The notes beneath the pieces were generated by a model. That model worked only from the letters and a program-made list of their open reading frames with translations, had not been told where the DNA came from and did not search any database. Made by a program: the position numbers and the translations under genes. A stretch of 64,000 nt of DNA, from assembly GCA_964035575.1 (NCBI GenBank), contig OZ037834.1:868001-932000 (forward strand), given 5' to 3'. Origin of the DNA: Rhynchopus sp. YZ270_cl-10. Taxonomy: Eukaryota. Below are positions 9,535-21,690 of the stretch, one piece after another. The number at the start of each line of letters is the position of its first letter. Position 1 is the stretch's first letter.

Positions 9535-11216
9535 TTCGGGGGCTCCAGGAGGACTACGGCGATGAGGCGCACACCAATATCGAGGAATGGAACCCGCCAC
9601 AGTCAGGAGAATGCACTGGTTTGAGCCCGGATATGATGACACCACCTCCACGACAGGCAAAGCTCGACTCTTTCCCCCGAACGACGATATGCGTGGAGCG
9701 GATACGAATACTAGCAGAAGGCGCGGGCATGGACACGACGTTCACGAACTGGATGACGGATCCCAACGCGATTGATGCGGTGCGGAGTGGGTGCATCCCG
9801 TTGCCAGGCCCGAAATCCGACCTCCCACCCTCCTTCATTGCGGCGTGTGTAAGGGCAGGGGTCTGCAAAAAGGTAGGGAGAAACGAACGAGCTCGCGGAG
9901 TGGTGAAGGTATTCACGGTGCCTAAGTCGGACCCCACCGTTCATAGAACCATCATTGACGGCCGACCCATCAATAGAGTCACTCCTAAACCTCCAACGTT
10001 CCACCTCATATCACCCCCTCAGCTATACCACCTGCTTAAAAGAAAAGGCGCTAAGTGGGTAGCAAAAATTGATCTCAAAGGATTTTTTCATCAACTTCCC
10101 ATCCACGACGAAGTGTCCCTCTTCTTCTGTTTCCGCATAGGTCAGACTTGGTACCGGTGGACTCGGGTGCCTATGGGTTGGTCCGTTGCACCGTACATTG
10201 CGCAGAACACGGCTGAAGCGCTAATCGGGACCGCGCTGGGGGTGAGGGCAGTCGTGTACCTGGATGATATACTTCTTTTCGGGGAGACTTCCGCAACCGT
10301 GCAGACATTGTTGACAGAGATTTTGGAGCGTTTTCGTTTTGCCGGGGCGGAGCTGAACTTTGGCAAGTCAGTTCTGAAGCCAGTCTGCGCTCTGGAGTAC
10401 ATCGGTATTATTTGGCACCCGGAGCAGGGCGTGTTTTGTTTTCCGGACTTGTGGATTGCGAAGGTGGAGCACACGTGTGATAGGTTTGCGTCCGCACAGT
10501 CCATGTCGGTACGGACAATATGGCAGATGCTGGGTATTGGGGTTCGAGCCCTGTTCGTGTTAGGTACCCCGTTGTGCCATTACGATGCGATACTTGGTTG
10601 CCTCAGCGGCTGGTCTAGTCTGATTGCAAAGGGTGCGCTTGACTGGGACACGGTGGTGGATATTCCCGGTGAGCTGAAACGGGAAGTGACGCGTCTTGTC
10701 GATGACTTTGTGCGTCCAGGATGTCGATTCTCCCTGCCGGAACCTGCAACAGAATGGGACTCCGTGGTGTGGACGGATGCGTGCACGACGGGGTGGGGCG
10801 CAGTGTGGCAGCATCTGGAGGACGCCACAGCGAGAGCCGATTGGGGGCAGTGGAACTGTGCGGCCACACACAGACACATCTTTCTTCTTGAAGCGGAAGC
10901 GGCAGCAAAGGGCATAAGGGCGGTGCTTCATGAAGAAAAAACTGAGAAGGGGGTGTTGCTGTTGGTGGATAATAAGGGTTTGGCGGGCGCCATCAAACGC
11001 GGACATTCTAAGTCACGCTTGGGTAATTTCTTTTTACGCTATATTTTTTCGTTTGTGCAACCACACCACCTCCGTGTAGAATGGATTGCCTCGGAAGAGA
11101 ATCACACAGCAGACGAGCTCTCTCGACGCAAAAGTGACTCTGACGGCACTCTTACGGTCCCGCTGTGTTGGGATCGTGTTCACGAGAAGGTTGGTAGTTT
11201 TGGTTTTTCAGAGTGA
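8109..11216 (+). CDS. Reverse transcriptase / RNase H (ORF3); the conserved part lies downstream of ATG 9531
   Basis: RT motifs KIDLKGFFHQL, VPMGWSVAP and YLDD; DIRS-type RNase H motifs WTDACTTGWG, HIFLLEAEAA, LLVDN and WIASEENHTADELSR. Confidence 0.95.
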   Translation: MSHKEQLQGGGPSRRMSHKEQLQGSGPSRRMSHKEQLQGGGPSRHMSHKEQLQGSGPSRRMSQTNQFQFSQSKQEPSGGLFSQCKKQQGGGPSRRMSQTYQFQFSQSKREPSGGLFSQCKKQQGGGPPRGQPGDANSDDPSSSFSAALLRARNAWKTIIKKEKTSHREQGVCGEGRKVVGIADPSLGALGRASTICEGTKNDERGGPDLHTFFGVEGEATQRKADGRADNRVRPQHVKYDSTQHGKEVHGDVGARSSSRGRERSTDAYAAGREEGTRQTGDDDPSKSSSGNVSGRCEVSCGEVVGSGMQTGGSVGGDRLGLSCTDTRFEVPHETGLERVSVQDPPKLGDSRRRILCAGKGVQDVEATDQPTAGEHYGDCRTVHAQRSRREGAGVRGLLSPVREVEARAEEGVPAGFVASLDETRGHTGGGEDRSEEGRLAGAVEACERAGDGAIPADEHTRETEGGSEAAVFAAMIRGLQEDYGDEAHTNIEEWNPPQSGECTGLSPDMMTPPPRQAKLDSFPRTTICVERIRILAEGAGMDTTFTNWMTDPNAIDAVRSGCIPLPGPKSDLPPSFIAACVRAGVCKKVGRNERARGVVKVFTVPKSDPTVHRTIIDGRPINRVTPKPPTFHLISPPQLYHLLKRKGAKWVAKIDLKGFFHQLPIHDEVSLFFCFRIGQTWYRWTRVPMGWSVAPYIAQNTAEALIGTALGVRAVVYLDDILLFGETSATVQTLLTEILERFRFAGAELNFGKSVLKPVCALEYIGIIWHPEQGVFCFPDLWIAKVEHTCDRFASAQSMSVRTIWQMLGIGVRALFVLGTPLCHYDAILGCLSGWSSLIAKGALDWDTVVDIPGELKREVTRLVDDFVRPGCRFSLPEPATEWDSVVWTDACTTGWGAVWQHLEDATARADWGQWNCAATHRHIFLLEAEAAAKGIRAVLHEEKTEKGVLLLVDNKGLAGAIKRGHSKSRLGNFFLRYIFSFVQPHHLRVEWIASEENHTADELSRRKSDSDGTLTVPLCWDRVHEKVGSFGFSE

Positions 11217-13178
11217 TATGTTGTTGTTGTTGTTGATTTCTGTTTTTGCGTTGGGGAGGTGGTGTGATGGTACACGTCAGGGTGGATTTAATGGTCCAAA
11301 GCGGCATATGGTCTCTTTTCCTTCCCTCGTACGTCACAATAAAGAAACCCCTTCCCTCGCATTTTTTCACGACATTGTTTTTGGGTTTGGGTAATGTTCA
11401 CGGGCTATTCTCTATACACCAGATCTCCTCCCCAGTTAACTTGTTTAAAGCAGCTTTGCTGCGACATGGGGAGATCTGGTGTTTAGTATGAATAAAAATA
11501 AAAGCTTTGCCCCATTCATGTTTTTTGTTTTTTTACCACTTTGCATTGCAAAGGCTGGAAAGGCGAAGGAAAACACCACTCACCTTCATCAGGAAAAATC
11601 TCTGTTTTCGGGTGGTCTCTTTTCCTTCCCTCGTACGTCACAATAAAGAAACCCCTTCCCTCGCATTTTTTCACGACATTGTTTTTGGGTTTGGGTAATG
11701 TTCACGGGCTATTCTCTATACACCAGATCTCCTCCTCCTCCTCCTCCTCCTCCTCCTCCTCCTCCTCCTCCTCCTCCTCCTCCTCCTCCTCCTCCTCCTC
11801 CTCCTCCTCCTCCTCCTCCTCCTCCTCTGCCTCTCTCCTCCCTCCCCCTCTTTCCCTTCATCACCAGCACCTATCCACCCGCTTGGGATCGTATTGCATT
11901 TTTTTTCTTCAACGTCTTCGTTTTCCCCTCAGAGAGTAGTACCCTGGAGGGAGATCAGATTTAGCGAACTGATTTGTATGGGTTTTTGTGTGGGAGGGGA
12001 TGGGGGGGTTATTATGAAAATGTGTGCCTTATTGTCATCCGAGATGAGGAAAAGAATGCTGTGAAAAAAAAAGGCCGCAAATATTGTGGTCAAGAAGAAG
12101 GTGCGCTCTCACTCAAAAAAATGATTGTGTTCGCGCTTTCAACCAAAAAAAAGTTGCTCCTATATTTTTTGAAAACTTGGGTTGTGTTGCCAAGAGGGAA
12201 AAAAAAATCCCGCAAAAAAACGTTGGTGAGGCTGAAGGGAGGGGGGGGTGATTCGCACTTCTGGCGCACTTTCTTGCGCATTTTTTTTCACCCCATACCA
12301 AAAAAATTTCGAGGGCTGATTCGCACTTTTTGCGTCCCCCCTCCCATTCAACCACACTAACAGTGCTATCAAGTGTAGAACGTGGAAACAAGCTCCCGGA
12401 AAACAGGTGCGTGAGCCTCGGGTAACATGCAAAAAAAGGATGTGTAACCACAATGTGAGGCATAATCATCTCAGCCTTGATTTTGTTTTTCTTTTTAAAT
12501 ACTGCGTCGCTGCCGAGTCTTTTGGTTCTTCTTTTTGTACGTTTTTTTTGGATTTGTTCTGTTTTTTTTATTATCGATTTACGATAGTTTTACATTCTTC
12601 TCCCTCTGTGTGTTGTGTTGTTGTGTCTCTTATACGTTCGTAGACACGCTGCTATTGGATGTGCATGCAGACGTGGGTGCAGTTAATTTATGTTCAGTGC
12701 CAGGTGGTCGAACGTCCAACTTCTCCCTGTGTCGTGCCGGTGACGATTTAGAAAAAAAATAATATTCAGGCAAACAAAAAAAAAGAAGTGGAGCACACTC
12801 TAGTGTGGCTGCACATAACCAAGTTTTCAAAACAAAACAAAAAACATAACAGTACAGTAGAGTGATAGTATTCGAGTCATGGAATAAAAAAAAGACACCC
12901 CCGCGTTTTTTTTATCCCGAATTTAATCGGGTATTATTCGGAGAAACTCAAGGAATTTTTTTTGTTCAGCATTTTTTGTCTCGTCTCTGCCACATTCACC
13001 TAGTCAGGCTTCTGAGGTAGTGGGTTGCTTGCAGCATAATACAGCACAATATGTGCAATGCTTGGCTCTGGAACCATCCACATTTGCTTTCAAGCACATC
13101 ATATCACAGACGCAGGAATTACCCCCACAACTGATATCAAACACAAACACCCGACAGATTAAACATAACTCTACACAG

Positions 13179-13964
13179 ATGCTCTCCGTTCTAGTGGTGA
13201 CCCTGGTGCTGCACGCTGCCAGCGAGACTATCGAACTCGCAGAGAAAGGTGTCGTGGACCGCTTGCTGCCGTACGCGTCGGAGGACACCGTGTGGTCGGT
13301 GCAGTGTGACGGCGTGTTCAGGATACATTATCAGAACTGGTTTGAAGGCGTCTTCATCATCGCACGCAACGGGGAGGAATGGGACAGGACCACAGGCGAC
13401 AACAACAGGCGGTCTAGACCATTCGAGCAGACCATCGTTCAGGGGTACGTCATCACGTTGACGGCACGTGTGTCGCCGTCTCATCACAACAAAGTGCTCT
13501 TCTCGTGGGCCTGCGGCGCTACACCTGCACTGCTTCCAGCAACAATGAACACTGCTGGGGATGTGGTCCACATGAACTACGAGGCTGGGGAGAATGTGAC
13601 CTGGGCGCTGCCCTGCGACGGAAAAGTGGACATCACGTGGACGTACTTTGACACAGAAGAAGGAGAAGATGTCGTCAGCATCGGAAGCAACGGCGCAGTG
13701 TTCAACGAGTCTGGCTCCAGCATGCCTGCACCGAACACCTATTATTCTTCGTACTTTCATTGGGCGTACCTCACCTTCACCAGCGAAACTGCTCGCGAAG
13801 GTGGAGGTTTTGCCTTGCGCTACCACTGCCTGTCCACTCCGGTCACTCCGTTCGAAATGTCCCCTCCACGTAATCATGAAAGAGTTCCTGTCAGCCTCAT
13901 TGTGTCCCTGTTCGGAGGTTTTGTGTTTGGTCTTGTGGTTGTGGTGGCTGCGTGTGTATGTTAA
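13179..13964 (+). pseudogene. Small CUB-like single-pass membrane protein, copy 1; a 2-nt insertion after the TM segment removes the cytoplasmic tail
   Basis: Highly similar to 34096-34971; reads TGT-TA-ATTGCG where the paralog reads TGC-ATTGCG, creating a TAA. May still encode a truncated protein. Confidence 0.7.
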
Positions 13965-14625
13965 TTGCGTCAAGGTGTCACGCAAAAGTAAAGAGACCCG
14001 ACCAAGACTGCGAGCTCGGCACCACCTCGGGTTGAGTTCCATTGTGTGAAAGACAGCGCAACACTTTAAGGGCGTCATTTCTGCATTTCATTTTTACCAA
14101 ACAATTCAAAGATGTGAATGCAAAGTAATGTTGATTTTTTTTTTCAACGTTTCTTTTCTTTGTTTTTACTCGTATATTTTCTGACCACCTTCACCAGTTT
14201 CATCTGACCACCTTCACATCACCAACACGTCCCGAGGCAGTGTTGGTGGCCATCCCCACAGGCAAATCTACGTGGTGCGCCATTGCGGCTGTGTTTGGTT
14301 TACCTCAAGCCTGCATTTCCGTATTATGTCGTGTCCCCTACTCATGTTAGATTTTATCTGTCATGATTGTTTTGCTGAATTTTTCAAGATGTATGTGTGC
14401 ACGACAGAGGCACATTCATCTTGGCACGTTTTCTTTTGTCACGAGAGGGCTTTGTATTTCAAGTCAACTTTTGTTTGTTCAGCATTGCACCCAATCGACA
14501 CTTGCCTATCGAGGTAGATTTGTGACACACACAATCGTCGCCCGAAGGTATTGTATTTTAATTTTTGTTGTTTTGCTGTTCTCTCTTTGTGTGCATCCTG
14601 TGTTCACAAAAAGAGAACACATTTA

Positions 14626-14741
14626 CCGCAATCGTAAAAATTTTGGACCGTATAATACTTGGACCGTAAAAATTCTGGAACTTTTTGGGGTTTTTGGCAA
14701 ACTGTAACATTTTTTACGGTCCACAATTTTTACGATTACGG
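14626..14741. mobile_element. 116-bp Tc1/mariner-pogo-like MITE with TA TSD
   Basis: TIRs CCG.AATCGTAAAAATT with TA on both sides. The empty site (GAACACATTTA|TTGCTTTT) is present in the paralogous block at ~19881-19900. Confidence 0.85.
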
Positions 14742-14869
14742 TATTGCTTTTTTCGCTACTTCAAAACCAACCTTTGATTTTCAAAATAATGCATAATATA
14801 TTTTCCAACTGGCCACCAAATGTTTTTCACAACAGAAACAGGATATTTTATTTCTTCAAGTACAAAAAA

Positions 14870-15070
14870 CACGGGTTGCCTACGATCGTAGTACGATCTC
14901 TTACGATCGCAGCTCTTTTTTGATCGCACTACGATCGTACTACGATCAAAGTACGATCGTAGTACGATCGTACTTACGATCGTATTATGATCGTACGATC
15001 GTACTACGATCGTAACGATCGTAGTACGATCGTAATGATCGTAGTACGATCGTAGTACGATCGTACGATC
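14870..15070. repeat. CACGG terminus followed by a (TACGATCG/GTAC) palindromic array; probable end of a DNA transposon
   Basis: CACGGGTTGCC is followed by ~190 bp of TACGATCGTAG-type units. The adjacent 15095-15290 is the inverted homolog of ~27100-27290 and ~30830-31000. Confidence 0.65.
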
Positions 15071-17163
15071 TTCCTTCTAAGGTGCTCGCTCTCCATACCT
15101 AGACCCTCGAATTTTTTTTTTTTGCCCCTATATTGGGCTAATTTCGACGATTTGAGGCCATTAAAAGCAAAATTTGGCACTTTTGAGCATCTAGGGGGGT
15201 CTAAAACGCGGTTCCGCGAACCCAAAATTTCGTGATTTTTACCAAAAACAAGTCGATTTTTGAAAAAATCTCAAAAAAAAAAAATCCCAATTTTTTTTTT
15301 TTCACAAGTGTTTTTGAGGCCTGCTCACTACACCCTAGGTACCCTTCTGGGACCAAAAAGTCAAAAAAAGCAAGAATTGGGCTGTTTTGAGCATCTAGAG
15401 TTAATTCCCCAGTCATTTTCTGTACCACCAGTGCATTTTGTATGGGCCAGCGCCTTGTCAAAAAATCAAAAAATCTCAAAAAACATAGGGTGAAAACGAT
15501 CGTTTTTTTTTTGTACTCAGGTAGCTACGTAGCCTTCAGGGAGGCAATCGTGTGCTAATACAGAAAGTATCAGTCAAGGCTGTCCTTACAGACGCATGCC
15601 AAAGCGGCCGCCACATGGGTGTGGACTTAAGATTGTTTTTTTTTTTTTTTTTTTTTTACGAATCTGGGAAAAAGTGATCGGTCTTTTTTTTTTTTTTTTT
15701 TTTTTCACGATCGTGAAGAAAAAAAAACGATCGTTTTTTTTTTTTTTTTTTCTTCACGATCGTGAAAAAAAAGCACCTTTTTCTTCACGATCGTGAAGGA
15801 AAAAAAAAACGATCGTTTTTTTTTTCCCATATTATGTCGTTGATCGCTGGCCCACACCAGGGAGGGAGCCCCCACAGGTGCCCACAACCCCCCTGAAATC
15901 GGCCGAGAGTAACTTTTAGCGGTGTTTTGACGTAAAATGTCACCTTTTTTGCCATTTTTGGGGTGTACTTTTCTGGAACAAAATTCGCAAAACCCGAAAT
16001 ACGAATCGTAAAAAATCGCGACATTCTATGACATGCGTATACCATGAAGCAGCACGTCACGGCATGGCATGTAACATGCACATGTAATATCGCCAAAAAC
16101 CTAGTCGTAGTAACATCATCACTGTGCAAACCCCTGTCCATCCAATACAATTCACACTCTTTGTGGGTGGTCTTGCTGCCTTTTTGCCACAGTAATTTTT
16201 GGCCCGGCAGGCATGCTCTTGAAGCATGGCAATTTAGTGTGTATGGGGCAGGGTGTTGTTTTGTTCTGAATTCCCTTTGTTACAATATCTATCCAATCGC
16301 GAGTGGTTGTATGTGTATCGTGAGACACTCTTTTTAACCCTTTACGGACCAAGAGGACATTTATGCCCATTGTGGCGGGGGATGCGGCGTTCAACACCAG
16401 GCCAAGTTGGCCAAAAGCCCAACTTTTGTACTGTCCAACCTCTGTACAATTACGGTATATTTCGTTGGCTGGTGGTCTGAAGAGTGATCTGACCATATTC
16501 TCCAGGTATAACAAATGCCCAAATAATGCATTGGCGAAGGAATTTTGCACTTTTGACCATCACACATTACTTGTATTTTTACCGGTTTTTTAATGAGTAC
16601 AACCTATGTCAGAGCACGCTGTCCCACAGATTTTAGAATTTGGGGGGGTCACGCAACAGGGATTACGCAGCTCCCCATACTTATCGCTAAATATGCCGTT
16701 TTCCCCGAAAAATTTTAGAATTCCACGCCCAATTTCTTTCTTTTTGGCAAAAAAAAATTTTTCGCGCTTCGCGCGAAAAAGGTCCTCAGAAGCTCAATTC
16801 CGGAAACAAATACGGGGGGAGCGACGTTTTCCAACTCCTCCGCCATCAGCAGGAACACCTCCGTTTTCTCTTGAATCTGGGACGCTTGTTGCTGAGAAAC
16901 AGGGCAACAGCGCGTTCAAGCATATTCCCCATCTTTTCAGTGTTAAACTCGTGGCGAAGCCACGGTACGCAACATTTCTAAAAATTGCGCTTAAAATTGC
17001 CTACTATGTCGCGGGAAGGGTGGGTTGAAAGCTCGCGCCGCAGTGCATCTTCCTTTTCCGGTAAAATAGAAGAAAATTGTCTTCTAAAAATAGAATTCTG
17101 TGGGGGGTAGGTGAGAGGTGGGCGGAGCCCCCACTCCTCCACCCCAGCCTCAATCCAAAACCC

Positions 17164-17195
<32 letters not shown>

Positions 17196-18941
17196 ATTAA
17201 TAATCTGTATTCTGTAACCTCTCTCTATTTTACGGCAGGTGTGACCGGTTGAGGTGATACTTCCGGACTGAGGAAGGGCATTCTTTTACTTTTTTTTCTG
17301 TTTTTTTTGGTATTTTTTGAGCTGAGATTTTCAAAAAATACCAAAAATACCAGGGTCAACCGCTGTGATGCTCATTGTTTAGAACACAGGGCTATTTCTA
17401 AATATGGGGTCCGGAGTCCAAAATCCAATCCGGGACACAATTTTGGCAGATTTATTTTGGGCCAAAAACGTCTTTATTTACATTTTTGGGATTCGCCCGT
17501 GCAGTGGTGGGGTCAATCTCGAAAATTGGATTTTTTGACCACTTAAATTTTGAGAAATATGAGCCCGGTCACTTATACGTGGGCCCATTTTCGGCTAAAA
17601 TTTTCCTCAAAATCCGGGTTTGTAAAATTGACCCTTCTGTGAAGGAAGGTTGTGGAAAAGGGTCCTTATTTGCATTTTTGGAAGCCGCCCGTGCAGTGGT
17701 GGGGTCAATTTGCAGAATTGGGCAAGTTCTTGCAAGACAACGGGTAATGTTTGTTAGCTCTAAGGAGGGAAGGGGAGCGTTTGTAGCTCACACAGCACCC
17801 CAAACCCTGGCCTCTCTGTCCACAGCACACAGCTCTTCCCCTGAGTTCCATTTGTGCCTCAACATGCTGAGCGCATCTTCAGTACGATGGGTGGATGAGC
17901 GAGAAGAGGCGCAACTGGCTAGTTGCACCAAAGCTGCACAAGCTTGTGGTCGTAGCACGCAGTTTGCGCGAGAGCAAGCCGCCACAAGAGAATGGTTGGT
18001 GGGATGAGGAGAAGCTGGTGCAGGAGGAGAAGGAGCGTGCGGGAGCTATATTGACTGCGACGCGACAGCTGAGGACCCCAAGGTTGATGATGATGCTGAG
18101 CATCACGACTCTGACATCAGTGAAGGCTCTTGGGACTAAACGCATACAGTCTTGTCCGTACCCATTTCTCCCACACAAGTCACCACCCCCTTGTGACTTG
18201 CCTGTAACAGTGGAAACGTTTCCCTCCCAGCCGCAAACCCGTTCAGTGTATCGTGAGCCACTGCAGTGACCCACTCACGCTCGACCCTGTCCCTCCTTGT
18301 AAACAGTTCGCCTTCTCCTACGTTGTGCTAAGGAAAACCAAAAAACATGCTCAAAAATGATGGGCACGGGGGTCAGACTCCACTTCTGACCACTTAAAAT
18401 TAGGTCATACACGTGTTATACCCCAAACTGACCAAGAAATTTTCCCAGTGTTCGATGGTGATCGAATTAAATCGGTGGTAAAAAGTGAAAAATGGGGCAT
18501 GCCAGGCCCACGTCAATCAGCCTAAAAATGTTGCAACTTTAAACGCGCGTCTCTCCCGTACACCAATATACACTTTTTAACACACACAGTACAGCAAGGG
18601 AAAACCAAGGGATTTTACCCTGTGTTCTCCTTGTTACGGCTGCACTAACCTAATCATCAAAACTGCTCGATTTTGGCTTTATCTAAAAGATCGACATCAA
18701 TTCTTACGAAATATAATTTATTTTACGATTTTGAGTAGAATTCTGTTTGCAGGGCGAAGTCACGAGGCAGGGGGTGATTTTGGGGGTGAGCGCCAAAAAA
18801 AGTCCTTTTCCTAGGGTTGACCCACCTCCCTCCAGCATCCAACGATATGACATTTTCACGAAAGTTGTCGATTCTTGCCTTATTATTGTCACACAGAAAA
18901 AAAATGTTTTTACGAAAAAAATTCAGTGTAACTCACTGGCA

Positions 18942-19268
18942 TCTGGCTCCAACATCCCTGCACCGAGGACCTATTATTATTCTTACTTTCATTGGGCGTA
19001 CCTCACCTTCACCAGCGAAACTGCTCGCGAAGGTGGAGGTTTTGCCTTGCGCTACGACTGCCTGTCCACTCCGGTCACTCCGTTCGTAATGTCACCTCCG
19101 CGTGACGGAGTTCCTGTTAGCTACATTGTGACCATAGTTGTAAGTTTTGTGTTCGGTCTTGGGGTTGTGGTGGCTGCATGTGTGTTCATTGCGTCAAGGT
19201 GTCACGCAGAACGCAAGAGTCCCGACCAAGACTGCGAGCTCGGTACCACCATGAGCTCCATTATGTGA
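18942..19268 (+). pseudogene. 3' fragment of the small CUB-TM gene (5' part replaced by repeat DNA)
   Basis: YFHWAYLTFTSETAREGGGFALRY.CLSTPVTPF...TM matches copy 1; homology of the 3' flank continues to ~20000. Confidence 0.8.
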
Positions 19269-20190
19269 ACACACACTTTATGTGCTATATTTCCGAACGC
19301 TTGCGACACGCCGCATCTGATACTAACCACACAAAGACACGCCGATGTGTCCAGTGCCCCGTCATTTCTGCATTTTATTTTACCATTTCAAAGATGTGAA
19401 TGCAAAGTAATATTGATGTTTTTTTCAACCTTTCTTTTCTTTGTTAACTCGTATATTTTCTGACCTCCAGTTTCATCTGACCACCTTCACATCACCAACA
19501 CGTCCCGAAGCAGTGTTGGTGGCCAAACAAATCTAAGTGGTGCGCCATTGCGGCTGTGTTTGGTTTACCTCAAGCCTGCATTTCCGTATTATGGTCGTGT
19601 CCCCCTATTCATGTTAGATTTTATCTGTCATGACTTTTTGCTAGATTTTTCAAGATGTGTGTGTGCACGACAGAGGCACATTCATCTTTACATATTTTCT
19701 TTTGTCACGAGAGGGCTTTGTATTTCAAGTCAACTTTTGTTTGTTCAGCATTGTACCCAATCGACACTTGCCTATCGAGGTAGATTTGTGACACACACAA
19801 TCGTCGCCCGAAGGCATTGTGTTTAAATTTTTGTTGTTTTGCTGTTCTCTCTTTGTGTGCATCCTGTTTTCACAAAAAGAGAACACATTTATTGCTTTTT
19901 TTGCAACTCCAAAACCAACCTTTGGTTTTTGAAATAATGTTTTCCAACTGGCCACCAAATGTTTTTCACAACGAGAAACATGAGATTTTAATTTTTTTTT
20001 TCAAGGAGGAAAAAAAAAAGTACATTCATTTCGAGCCACAATACAGTCGGGAATCACTGTGTGTCCTTCTCCTCCTTCTCCTCCTTTCCCTTCTCCTTCA
20101 GATGTGTCCGTCGTTTCAGGGACAACACGCTGTCCCTCTACATTGCTACAGGTTTACAAGCAACAACACACCAACAGGAAAACAACACAA

Positions 20191-21647
20191 ATGCCAAAAT
20201 ACAACAAGATGTGGAAGGCACTCCGAATGTGCAGTACAAACGCATCCAGCACATCGAATGTGGCCGAAACTGTTAATATGTTTGGTTTTGCTGCCAACAG
20301 GGTTACTGCATTTGTCGGTTTCATCGTATCGGCGGGTGGAGCGTACGCGGTCTACACACGAAGTCAACACCACCTCGACCGGACGCTGCGGACGATTGTA
20401 ATGGAAGAATACGTGCCCGAAGTTGCACCAACTGAATACATTACGAGAATACAAGAAAAGGAACTGAAGGAGAAGTTGGAGAAGAACATTGCCGGAAAGG
20501 GAAAGTTCTTCATGTTGATGGGTGAGAGCGGCTCAGGCAAAACCACGATGATGCAACACATACTCACAGACTACGAGAAAGGTGTGATCTTCGTCAAGAT
20601 CAATACAACTGACTTGCTCAAGGCGGGTAACGGAGAGACAGGGGAGGTGCTTAAAGCGGCTGTGCTCGACAAATTCAAAGGGTGTGCGAATCACCCCCGT
20701 AGACATCCTTCCTTTACGGACTTCATCAGACACGCGAACCAAGGTCCGGTTGAAGGAGGTCAAGAAGCCTGGGGGGAAGGAGAAGGATCACCCGCTGATT
20801 CTCTACATCACTCTGGACAGCAAGGATGATAAGCTCTCTTACCAGCTGATGACGGATATTGCCAAGTCATTCGGTGTCTTGGCCAGCGATCTTTCATCTG
20901 AGAACTGTTGCAGGACAATCCTCGAATTCCCCAAAACAGAAATCTCGGACAAGATCATAGACCTCCGTGGTGGCTGGGACAGTTTCCAAGTAGATGCAAT
21001 GACAGAGGACGAGTTTAAGAAAATTGGGAAACAGGTGTTGGACGTGAAGGATCCTCAGCTCCTTGTTGAGGAGCTTCTCTCATACTATCGCAACTGGTTG
21101 GGGGGGGCACACAAAGAATTTATCGGCGTTAGCTTCTCTTGCAACAACGAATACAAGTATGAACAGTTGCCTTTGTTACCTTTTTTGTACAATTGCTATT
21201 CACCACACATCTCATCGCAGTTGAGTCTGCCACCCCCGAAACAAGGAAGAAGATTTTGACGGAGCTGAAGGCGGGTATGTTGTTGTTGGGGTGGGTAGTT
21301 TGTCAATTATGAGACACATGTATTGCACAGGGATCGACACGGAGTTCGAGGCTTCTGTAAAACAACTTGGCAGAGAACACCCTAAAGCAATCAAGCTGTT
21401 GACAGCAATCGCTGCGACTGGAGTCAAAGGTTTGTATACTGATGACCTGCACGAAAGCGACATCATGAGCGAGTTGATTAATCGCGACTCAAGCTCGACC
21501 CTGCTCCGCAAAGTAGATAAGAACAAAGTGAGGATATACCGCTACTCTCACGCGCTTTTCCTGCATGGTATGAAGGAGCCAAATGACAAAGTGCAGAATA
21601 CCGACGACGTGAAGAAGAAGTTCGGGATGAACGCCAAATCTGCTTGA
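20191..21647 (+). pseudogene. Membrane-anchored P-loop NTPase (AAA/STAND-like), three exons, one frameshift near 20740
   Basis: N-terminal hydrophobic helix and Walker A GESGSGKTT. Exons 20191-21156, 21246-21274 and 21331-21647 have phase-compatible GT-AG introns; the frame switches at AAC-C-AAG. Confidence 0.7.
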
Positions 21648-21690
21648 TTGATGATTTGGGTGTGTGGTAAGAATTGTGAATATATTTAAA

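Larger units (their letters stand above)
6760..11728 (+). mobile_element. Apparently intact tyrosine-recombinase retrotransposon with split direct repeats (VIPER/TATE-like gag-YR-RT/RH order; Ngaro/PAT-like A1...B1-A2-B2 ends)
   Basis: A1 at 6760-6967; ORFs at 6990-11216; B1 at ~11309-11424; junction CTCCTCC at 11425-11431; A2-B2 at 11432-11728; (CCT)n on both sides. Confidence 0.9.
5516..11827 (+). repeat. (CCT)n microsatellite split into five tracts by four insertions
   Basis: (CCT)n tracts at ~5516-5564, 5864-6049, 6349-6382, 6681-6759 and 11729-11827. Confidence 0.9.

Noticed and set aside
16152..18274. Transposase ORF in the repeat nest
   Set aside because: No DDE or HUH motifs recognised in the short ORFs.
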